A DNA stretch of 64,000 nucleotides from IMG/VR virus record IMGVR_UViG_3300027797_000020, positions 30,329-94,328 of that record. The stretch is one strand, 5' to 3'. The position numbers and the translations under genes were made by a program. This DNA is from a virus. The notes under the pieces were generated by a model. The model made no database searches. It saw only the letters and a program-made list of their open reading frames with translations, and was not told the DNA's origin. Below are positions 50,552 through 59,125 of this stretch, piece after piece. How positions within the stretch are numbered: the stretch's first letter is position 1; each line of letters opens with the position of its first letter.

Positions 50552-53500
50552 TGGCGATTAAAAAATATACTTGTCCCCCAACTCCGGCCACAGGTGCGGG
50601 GTCTTTCTCTGACGACTTAGTTGGGTTCCAATTAGTTCAGGGTGGTGGGTTAACGCAAGGAAATTTCAATTTTGTTGAGTCAATAACTGAAAAATCCAAC
50701 CGTACATTTAATACAGGTACATTTTCAGAACCAATAAACTTAGAGGGTTTAGGTGTTAGTGATGTATCACAATCAAAAACAATTTTTGAGAATAATTTCA
50801 AGGTTTATCCGAATTTTGATTTAAGTCAAATAACTAACTTTACGTTATACGGGTCTTTAACTAAAAGACTGTCGGTATCGGTACAAAACATCATTAGTTA
50901 TTTTCCGGCAGCAATTGAATCAACCTTCGCTGGTGTTAATTATGAAACGGGAACTACCGCAAACAATATTAGTTATAATGCTGCTAGCGATGTTACAACA
51001 TTTGATTTGAATGTTGGTCGTTTACGAAATCAATTCGATATTGATTTTACGGACAACTCAACAAGGAATTTGGAATTACGGGAAATCCCTGTATCTCCAT
51101 TAAGAAATTTAACGGTTGAGTATAGTAAATATGCCTTGTATTACGGTGGGGGTGTTTATGATTTGGCCTTTGTCCAATCAACAACATCGTTAGTTTCTGG
51201 AACATTGACAGTTTCGGTGTTTGGTAATCCATTTTCAGGTAAAACTGAAGTGTATGAAAGTTTGTACATTAGACCTAACGATTATGAGGTTAGTAAGGTT
51301 TTTAACGAGGAGTTTGATGAGGTTGAGAAGTTTTTATTAAACAGAACGTCAGCTCCTGTTTATACTTGTGTGTTCAATACTCCAAAAGAGGCTGATGATG
51401 GGACATATTATACTTACACTCAAAAAGTTACTTGGCCTTTAAACGGTCAATGGAATATTGATATTGTTACCGCATCGTTCACACGTTATTTGGAAACATT
51501 AAATGAGATTGCGGAATCGTTGGATTCTTATAAAACGGATTTAATCTCAAGATTTTTAACGACGGGAGCGTTTAAAGAGTTTGACACTATTGGTCAAAAA
51601 ACTGAAAAAACATTACAGATTTACGGTAGGAGTTTTGATGAAACTAAAAAGTTTATTGACGCATTGGCGTATATGAATTCGGTTAACTATAATGTTGGTA
51701 ACGATATCCCATCACAATTACTTAAAAATTTAGCCCAAACTTTGGGTTGGCAAACAAATATGTCACCAATCACAAATGAAGACTTTTTGGGGTCTGTTTT
51801 TGGTGAGAAAAACCACGACAAATCACAATTTTCGGGTGTTGGTACGGCAATGACTCCTGATGAGTTAAATTACCAATATTTCAGAAATTTGATATTGAAT
51901 TCGGCTTACTTATTTAAATCAAAAGGAACTCGAAAGTCAGTTGAAATATTAATGAGATTGATTGGGGCTCCTGACGCTTTAGTTGAATTTAATGAACACG
52001 TTTATTTAGCGGACCAAGTAATTAACTTGAGTCAGTTTAATTCGCAATATGCTCAAATATCAGGGGGTACTTATGTGACGCAAACACCGACATTGGACAC
52101 AAATGATGTTTACACCTTCCAAGGGGTACAATATACAGGGTTTACAACTAGTGTTACGATTAAAGACGTTAACATAGGTAGAAGTGAATTCCCAATGGAC
52201 GAGTATGGTTATCCAATGGCTCCTGAAGATAGTGAAAGTTATTATTTCCAATTGGGTAGTGGTTGGTTTGAACAAACCCCAAGTCATAGAGGTCCCGAAT
52301 TGGTTAACATTACTAATAGTACGTTTGTTGGGGAAAATCCCGATTTTCAAACTTATTTGAAACCTTACACTTATGGTCAAGATTATTTAAATAGGTTTAG
52401 ACAATTCCCATTTATGGATTTGGGATATGATTTAAAATCAACGATTGATAATAATAAAAGTTGGGTTAATACCGAAGTTGGGTTACGAAGTAATCTTGAC
52501 GGTGGTTATAATGCTAAGTATTATGTTAATGACGATAAATTGGTTTTAAATGTTAAAAACATTGATTTATTCTTAAACCCAGGTCAAGGGTTGGCATATG
52601 ATGTATGGTATATGTCAAGAGAATATAATTACCCAATACCAAATGAGGGGTTATTCTACGTAGCACCAACAAATTGTAATCCATTCCCAAGTCAAATAAT
52701 GAAAATGAGTGATACTCAATTTCAGACTTCATTCCCTAACGTTCCCTATCCGGCTAGAGGTGGTGTCGATTGGACTCAAATTGACCCAAAACCAAAAAGA
52801 CAAACATTCTTTGAATTCGCACAATCATTTTGGAAAAATATGATTAATGTTCGAAATAGACAATATGTGTCAAATAATGGGACAACAGGTTATCCAACAT
52901 TGGAATCTATCTATTGGAGGTATTTGTTATCAGAGGAGGCGATTGGTCAACCAAATGATAATTTTACATACCAAACAATGATTGATTATGTTAATGGTTT
53001 GGGGGATTATTGGGTTAGATTGGTGGAACAAATGATTCCGGCATCAACAATATGGAACACCGGTGTTAAATACGAAAATTCGATATTTCATAGACAAAAA
53101 TATGCTTGGAGAAGACAAAGAGGTTGTCAAATCATTCCAATACCTTGTAAACCTTGTTCAACAACATCAAATCTATTCCCTATTGATTGTCCAATACAAA
53201 GTGCGGTATGTTCGGTGTATCCTTGGAACGAAAATCCAAGTGTTCAATCATTCTCGGCGGTTTTAGGTGTGTTAATTAATGACTATTTGACGGCGAATGA
53301 TAAAACAACGGGTGATTGTAACTTAAATGGTTTATCAACTCAATGGTTTGTTGACTTACGAGTGAATGATGGTATTCTTGTTAAGAAATCGTTTTTTAAT
53401 GGTGTTGGTTACACGGTCCCTAGTTTAAGTTCACCAAGTAACTCTCAATGGTATAATGCTTTAGTTCTTTCGTTAGATGAATTGACCAATTTTGGGTACG

Positions 53501-53619
53501 ACTACTATTTAACAAATACGGGAACAGTGGAGATTTACAATTCAATCTGTTCTGAATCAACCCAAGGTTTAACCTTTACGATTAATGTTGGGATAAATTT
53601 AAATTTATGTTGTAATTAA
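50551..53619 (+). CDS. Baseplate wedge protein with P2 gpI / T4 gp7-like domain
   Basis: IPSQLLKNLAQTLGW and RNLILNSAYLFKSKGTRKSVEILMRLIG motifs. Confidence 0.7.
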   Translation: MAIKKYTCPPTPATGAGSFSDDLVGFQLVQGGGLTQGNFNFVESITEKSNRTFNTGTFSEPINLEGLGVSDVSQSKTIFENNFKVYPNFDLSQITNFTLYGSLTKRLSVSVQNIISYFPAAIESTFAGVNYETGTTANNISYNAASDVTTFDLNVGRLRNQFDIDFTDNSTRNLELREIPVSPLRNLTVEYSKYALYYGGGVYDLAFVQSTTSLVSGTLTVSVFGNPFSGKTEVYESLYIRPNDYEVSKVFNEEFDEVEKFLLNRTSAPVYTCVFNTPKEADDGTYYTYTQKVTWPLNGQWNIDIVTASFTRYLETLNEIAESLDSYKTDLISRFLTTGAFKEFDTIGQKTEKTLQIYGRSFDETKKFIDALAYMNSVNYNVGNDIPSQLLKNLAQTLGWQTNMSPITNEDFLGSVFGEKNHDKSQFSGVGTAMTPDELNYQYFRNLILNSAYLFKSKGTRKSVEILMRLIGAPDALVEFNEHVYLADQVINLSQFNSQYAQISGGTYVTQTPTLDTNDVYTFQGVQYTGFTTSVTIKDVNIGRSEFPMDEYGYPMAPEDSESYYFQLGSGWFEQTPSHRGPELVNITNSTFVGENPDFQTYLKPYTYGQDYLNRFRQFPFMDLGYDLKSTIDNNKSWVNTEVGLRSNLDGGYNAKYYVNDDKLVLNVKNIDLFLNPGQGLAYDVWYMSREYNYPIPNEGLFYVAPTNCNPFPSQIMKMSDTQFQTSFPNVPYPARGGVDWTQIDPKPKRQTFFEFAQSFWKNMINVRNRQYVSNNGTTGYPTLESIYWRYLLSEEAIGQPNDNFTYQTMIDYVNGLGDYWVRLVEQMIPASTIWNTGVKYENSIFHRQKYAWRRQRGCQIIPIPCKPCSTTSNLFPIDCPIQSAVCSVYPWNENPSVQSFSAVLGVLINDYLTANDKTTGDCNLNGLSTQWFVDLRVNDGILVKKSFFNGVGYTVPSLSSPSNSQWYNALVLSLDELTNFGYDYYLTNTGTVEIYNSICSESTQGLTFTINVGINLNLCCN

Positions 53620-56129
53620 TGAGTTGTTTTTTAAGTTATAGTTTAACGGGGATAACAGGTGATTGTAGTAATCTAAATGAAGGTTCGTTTGGTATTACAA
53701 TTGATGGTTCAGCTCCGGATTATACAATAAATTGGATAAGTCCAATTACTGATGTAATCCCATTAGGTGCTGGAGTGACCGCCTATACTGAAACTAATTT
53801 AAGTGCGGGTACTTATACTTTCATAATTACGGATAGTTGTTTAGACCCCGGAAATACAACGGTAGGTCCGATATCAATTTATATTTCAAGTGGTGTATGT
53901 ACATCAATAACTAGTGTGAATAATACGGTATGTAGTTTAGATAATGGTTCTTTAACTGCGACAACTGAATATGATTATGGTAGTAATCAATTTTACTTAT
54001 ATCATAACACATTAGGGTATATCACATCAGCAACAACAACTAATACAATAACACCTGCGGGTGCGGTATTTCCTAATTTAAGTGCGGGGACTTATTATGT
54101 TGTTGTCACGGATGGTGGTGGTTGTTCGGGAACAACAACTAGCGTTATTGTAAAGGACTCTCCTCAGTTGGATTATGGTGTGTATATTGTTAACGATGCC
54201 GGATGTAACGTAAATTCAGGTAAGTTATTTGTTACAGGATTAACGGGTACTCCACCTTACACTTATCTATGGAGTAATGGTGAAACGACAGATTCAATTA
54301 CGGGTCTAACCGCCGGTTCTTACGACATCACTGTTAGTGACAATTCGGGTTGTGTTGTTAATAAAACTGAGATAGTTTTAAAAGTACCAACTGTTGGTCA
54401 AGCGGGTGTTTTAGTTGCCTCTCCGGCTTGTTTTGGGAATAATGGTACTGTAACGGTGTTACTTTCGGGTGGTACTGCTCCCTATTATTTTTCAGGGTCT
54501 AATGGTACGGTGACAGTAACTTTTGATAATTTTTATGAATTTAGTAACTTACCGGCAGGTGTGTTAAGTTACTTTGTTCAAGATTCAGGTTTATGTAGTT
54601 TTACAAGTAATGTTTCGGTATTATCACAACAGTCGTTTAATCTTGTTTCGGTAAATACTACTAATTCAAAATGTAATGATACTTCAGGAACAATTACTCC
54701 CTTAGTTTCTTCGGGTACTCCACCATATATTTTTAAATTAACCTCATCTAATGGTTATACTAACTCTATTACAACAACGTTAACAAGTTTTGATTTTACG
54801 GGGTTAGCATCAGGGACTTATACTTTAAGTATTAAAGATGGTAGTAACTGTGAATATACTGACACTTATGTTATTGAGAATGAAGTGTTATTTAGTTTTG
54901 AAGCTAATACTGTTGATACAAGTTGTGGTTTAAGTAATGGGGAAATTCAAGTTGTGGTTGATGGTGGTACAGGTCCATTTTTATATGAAATTAATGGGAT
55001 TTCTGAAATATTAAATTCAAGAACTAAAACATTTTTAAATTTTGATAATGGTAGTTATACTTTAAGTGTTACAGATACAAGTGTACCTTGTAAACAAAGT
55101 ACAACGGTGTTAGTTGGGGATTCATTTGGAGTTGATTATGTTGTTAATTCACAAAATCCGACAGGTTCTAATAATGGTCAAATACAGTTATTTATAACTA
55201 GTGGTCAACCACCATTCACCTATGATTGGAGCTCGAATGTTGGGTCTCAAACAGGTCAATTGATAACTAATTTATCCGCAGGGACTTACACAATAAAGAT
55301 TACTGATGATAACGGTTGTGTAAAAGAAAGTACTATAACGTTACAGGGAGTGAATTGTTCTGTTTCATACGAAATCTATAATTTCACTCAAGACACTTTT
55401 AAAAACACAGGCGATTTAATTACGAAGGGTCCAATACAAATGTTGAATGAAGGTTTTAACGATTTAACCCTTGGGGACGATAACTGTATTTTAAATCAAG
55501 CAATTTTTGAAGCTTATGTGAGTGTTTCAGGTGTTTCAGCGACTACTGTATTTTATACGGGTAATACGTTATTTGATGTACCAAGTAATACCTTATGGGC
55601 GACAACAGTTAGAAACCTTTTATTATCGTTTGACGGTATTGGAAATGTTGTTATTAATACAACAACAAATAAAATTACAATAACAACCGATTGTGCGTCT
55701 GAAGTTTCTTTATTAGATTCGGACATATTAGTTAATATGATAATACATTACGATGTGTCTTGTGTTTCTTGTTCATTATATTGTTCATATGACCAAACAG
55801 GTGTTTGTGATGGTTATAAATTAACTCAAACTCAAAATGTTGGTCTTATGTTAAACCCTACTACAGTACAGTTAGAATTGTATGATGGGGATAATGGTGA
55901 AGTATTGTTTAAGTCAGTACCAAAAATAGTTAATGTGACTAGTGGTTGTTTAAATTCTTATTATTATAATCAAGACCCTCCGGTAACTGACCCTGAAGAT
56001 ATTGCGCATTCGAATCGGGAACTTAGGAATGCGTGTTTGAAGGCGATAAATGAATTATCCTTGGGGACTTACCCATTTACTTGGGCTAACAATTTCTTAC
56101 CTTCATTTCAGATAAATAAATTCTTTTAA
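53619..56129 (+). CDS. SprB-repeat adhesin-like fibre protein
   Basis: Repeated C..NG.I....GGT.PY.Y.W......L.AG.Y...V.D..GC units (e.g. GTPPYTYLWSNGETTDSITGLTAGSYDITVSDNSGC). Confidence 0.8.
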   Translation: MSCFLSYSLTGITGDCSNLNEGSFGITIDGSAPDYTINWISPITDVIPLGAGVTAYTETNLSAGTYTFIITDSCLDPGNTTVGPISIYISSGVCTSITSVNNTVCSLDNGSLTATTEYDYGSNQFYLYHNTLGYITSATTTNTITPAGAVFPNLSAGTYYVVVTDGGGCSGTTTSVIVKDSPQLDYGVYIVNDAGCNVNSGKLFVTGLTGTPPYTYLWSNGETTDSITGLTAGSYDITVSDNSGCVVNKTEIVLKVPTVGQAGVLVASPACFGNNGTVTVLLSGGTAPYYFSGSNGTVTVTFDNFYEFSNLPAGVLSYFVQDSGLCSFTSNVSVLSQQSFNLVSVNTTNSKCNDTSGTITPLVSSGTPPYIFKLTSSNGYTNSITTTLTSFDFTGLASGTYTLSIKDGSNCEYTDTYVIENEVLFSFEANTVDTSCGLSNGEIQVVVDGGTGPFLYEINGISEILNSRTKTFLNFDNGSYTLSVTDTSVPCKQSTTVLVGDSFGVDYVVNSQNPTGSNNGQIQLFITSGQPPFTYDWSSNVGSQTGQLITNLSAGTYTIKITDDNGCVKESTITLQGVNCSVSYEIYNFTQDTFKNTGDLITKGPIQMLNEGFNDLTLGDDNCILNQAIFEAYVSVSGVSATTVFYTGNTLFDVPSNTLWATTVRNLLLSFDGIGNVVINTTTNKITITTDCASEVSLLDSDILVNMIIHYDVSCVSCSLYCSYDQTGVCDGYKLTQTQNVGLMLNPTTVQLELYDGDNGEVLFKSVPKIVNVTSGCLNSYYYNQDPPVTDPEDIAHSNRELRNACLKAINELSLGTYPFTWANNFLPSFQINKFF

Positions 56130-56142
56130 TATTTAAAATATT

Positions 56143-56544
56143 ATGTATTTTTTTGACTTACGCGACTATTATGACTCTAAAGTAATTGGAAATCATTATG
56201 AAGAAATTCCGATTTGTGACCCTGTATGGTCCGATATGGGAACAACGGCAAGGGCAACAAGTGATGCTTATTTTAATGCGATAAATCAGTGGTACAATTG
56301 TGGTTTGACTTGTTTAGAAGATGGTGAATGTAAAGATACTATCTTAGCAAAATGGGCCGTCGTCCTAAATGATATTACGGTTTTTAATGCTGCGTCCACG
56401 GATTTTTGGACTATGATGGGTGAAGAATGTTCAACCGGTGGTGTTTTTGATAGAACAAAATATGATGATTATATTTCCATTCAAGAAACATTGGCCTGTG
56501 ATATTGAAGAATTGACTTACTTAGTTGATGGGTTAGTTCAGTAA
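56143..56544 (+). CDS. Hypothetical acidic Cys-containing protein, 133 aa
   Basis: ORF with A-rich leader filling the gap between the SprB gene and the glycosyltransferase. Confidence 0.6.
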   Translation: MYFFDLRDYYDSKVIGNHYEEIPICDPVWSDMGTTARATSDAYFNAINQWYNCGLTCLEDGECKDTILAKWAVVLNDITVFNAASTDFWTMMGEECSTGGVFDRTKYDDYISIQETLACDIEELTYLVDGLVQ

Positions 56545-56601
56545 TATTTATTTCTACCATTTATTATATTGACTTCTTTAATATTTTTAATTAAAAAGAT
56601 A

Positions 56602-57594
56602 ATGAAGTTTGATGATTTAATATTTGTGTCGGCACAACCTGACGTTCCCTATTTCCATTGGCAAACTAAAGTATATGTTCATAACTTTATAGATAAAGGG
56701 ATAAAACCTAATCAAATCCACGTATTGTTTGTGATTGTTGATGGTGAAGAACCGTCAAAAAAATCTTTAGAATTAAAAGAATACGGTGTTAATGTTCATC
56801 ATTATATTGATGACCGAGAAAACAAAGAATATATTCCAAGTCTAAGACCATTAATTTTATCTAAATGGTTAAAAGAAAATCCCCAATTTGGTAAATGTTA
56901 TTTCTATCACGACTCTGACATTGTTTTTAGGGTCTTACCTGACTTTAATTCAATGATTGAGGACAATATATGTTATTTATCGGATACAACGTCATACATC
57001 GGTTATGATTACTTAAAAGAGTGTTGTGGTCGATATGAAGATGAACATAAAGTATTAAGTGAAAACAAACTTTTATATTTAATGTCAGATATCGTGGGGG
57101 TTGATATTGAAACAATAAAAAACAATCAAAAAAATTCAGGAGGTGCTCAATATCTTATTAAAGGTACGGATTATACTTTTTGGGATAAAGTGTACAAGGA
57201 TAGTGAGAGATTATATGACACTTTAATACATTTCCATAAAAGTTACCCAATCCAAAATGGGTTACAAATTTGGACATCAGATATGTGGGGGGTATTATGG
57301 AATTTATGGTACTTGGGTAAAGAAACTGAGGTTACTGATAAATTAAGTTTTTCTTGGGCTACGGACACCGTAGAACAATATGAGAATAAAATAATACTAC
57401 ATATGGCAGGAGTAACTCCCGATTTAAAACATAGTAAATTCTATAAAGGTGATTTTATCACATTAAACCCAATTGAGTTATTAAAAATCAACGATACTAT
57501 CTTTGACTACATAGATGAGAACAGTTCAACAAAAAAATACATTGAAGTTATGGAATCTATGATAAAAAACGAGAGTAACGATTATTTATTATAA
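56602..57594 (+). CDS. GT-A glycosyltransferase resembling peptidyl-Ser O-galactosyltransferase / Hyp O-arabinosyltransferase (GT96/GT95)
   Basis: YFHWQ, YIPSLRP..L..WL, YFYHDSDIVF (DxD), GGAQYLI, WTSDMWG, ILH; ATG 56602. Confidence 0.7.
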   Translation: MKFDDLIFVSAQPDVPYFHWQTKVYVHNFIDKGIKPNQIHVLFVIVDGEEPSKKSLELKEYGVNVHHYIDDRENKEYIPSLRPLILSKWLKENPQFGKCYFYHDSDIVFRVLPDFNSMIEDNICYLSDTTSYIGYDYLKECCGRYEDEHKVLSENKLLYLMSDIVGVDIETIKNNQKNSGGAQYLIKGTDYTFWDKVYKDSERLYDTLIHFHKSYPIQNGLQIWTSDMWGVLWNLWYLGKETEVTDKLSFSWATDTVEQYENKIILHMAGVTPDLKHSKFYKGDFITLNPIELLKINDTIFDYIDENSSTKKYIEVMESMIKNESNDYLL

Positions 57595-57603
57595 AAACAT
57601 AAT

Positions 57604-57987
57604 ATGGCGATACCAACAGAAAGAAATGAGTGTGGGGTTATAACGATATTCCCTATGTACGTATCTTGTAATTCTACGAATCCATCAAGCATTACTGCAT
57701 CAGATGGGATTGCTAGTCTATTCATATCTGGTGGTACTCCACCGTATTTTATACAATGGAACAATGGAAGTATTGGACAATCCATAAACAATTTAAGTGT
57801 TGGGACTTACACCGCAACAGTAAAGGATTCTAATGATGATTATATTATAACCTCGACGTGTACTTTATCTGTTCCAACAACAACTACAACAACAACTACG
57901 ACAACTACAACATTACCGGTGTACGACTTCTGTTTGACATTTACACCAAGTAGAGATAGTTGGGATTATTTCTATAATAGAAGTTAA
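57604..57987 (+). CDS. Single SprB-repeat protein with poly-Thr stalk
   Basis: GGTPPYFIQWNNG...LSVGTYTATVKD, then P-T12. Confidence 0.7.
   Translation: MAIPTERNECGVITIFPMYVSCNSTNPSSITASDGIASLFISGGTPPYFIQWNNGSIGQSINNLSVGTYTATVKDSNDDYIITSTCTLSVPTTTTTTTTTTTTLPVYDFCLTFTPSRDSWDYFYNRS
57874..57912 (+). repeat. Poly-threonine tract (ACN)12
   Basis: Mixed ACA/ACT/ACG codons. Confidence 0.85.
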
Positions 57988-57998
57988 AAAGAAAATAT

Positions 57999-59105
57999 AT
58001 GTATTTATACGATTTAGGAGATTTATTTGATGGTTATAAGTTTAGTGTTCATTTTAACCCTAGCGGGTTTTATAATGGTAAGAATTCTTGGTTATCCGAT
58101 GATTCATCAATTAAAATTATATGGGACACAACCCTAAATGCTTGGAAATTATCAGGAGATACTTTAGGTAGTACTCAAGTGATAAATACTAATCCGACTT
58201 ATCCCCCAATTAATGGTAATTGGACGGTGTTAGGTCAATCATACGTCGTAACTTCAAATCAAGGGGTGTGTGCTCCTGTGGATGCTTTAAGTGCGACGGT
58301 GAACTATAATAACCCTGGATGTATATGTGATGGGTCAATAAATGTTACTGCAACAGGTGGTGTACCGCCTTATCAATATTCTTATGACAATGGTGTGACA
58401 TATATTGCGAGTCCAATCAAAGGTGGGTTATGTGGAGGTAACTATCAAGTTAAAATAAAAGATAGTGATAATACGATAGTGACTAAAACAGTTGCAATGA
58501 ATACTGTTGAACCTAGAACAACTTATACTATTAATTTAAATACTACGAATACGGTTCTGACTTCGGTGGGTACGTATGAATACACATTTGCAGTCGTTGT
58601 TTCACCACCATTACCTGCGGGAGTTCAGTTAAATTTTGATTTAAATTTCTTAGGTGTGTTTATGAGAACACCAACGATTACTTCAGCAATTTCTTCGTTT
58701 ACTCCACAAGTAATTAAAAATGGTTCGACACAATTAAACTTCACTGATAATACAAACGAAACAACGGGAACGTTTAATGGTTCAGGATGTCAAGGAAATA
58801 CGTCATATAGTACTAATTACTCGTTCACTTATGCCGGATTAAGTATGGTGTCGACTGATGTTTACAGTATTAAGGTGGTGACGACAGAACAGTTAACTTG
58901 CACAGGAACAAATAGTGTAAATGCTGCGATTAGTGATACTGAATTAGGGCCGTTAGGTTACGGAAAAACGGCTTCGGGTCGTTATAGTTGTTGTCAAGGA
59001 AGGTTTACGATTAGTCCAAATACTTCGTATATGAGTAACGCAACGTTAACGGGATGTAATTGTTGTACAATTAATGGGACTTACACTAAATCATTATATG
59101 AATAA
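57999..59105 (+). CDS. SprB-repeat-containing Cys-rich fibre/adhesin protein
   Basis: CDGSINVTATGGVPPYQYSYDNG...LCGGNYQVKIKD. Confidence 0.7.
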   Translation: MYLYDLGDLFDGYKFSVHFNPSGFYNGKNSWLSDDSSIKIIWDTTLNAWKLSGDTLGSTQVINTNPTYPPINGNWTVLGQSYVVTSNQGVCAPVDALSATVNYNNPGCICDGSINVTATGGVPPYQYSYDNGVTYIASPIKGGLCGGNYQVKIKDSDNTIVTKTVAMNTVEPRTTYTINLNTTNTVLTSVGTYEYTFAVVVSPPLPAGVQLNFDLNFLGVFMRTPTITSAISSFTPQVIKNGSTQLNFTDNTNETTGTFNGSGCQGNTSYSTNYSFTYAGLSMVSTDVYSIKVVTTEQLTCTGTNSVNAAISDTELGPLGYGKTASGRYSCCQGRFTISPNTSYMSNATLTGCNCCTINGTYTKSLYE

Positions 59106-59125
59106 AAAAATTAAAAAATAGATAA

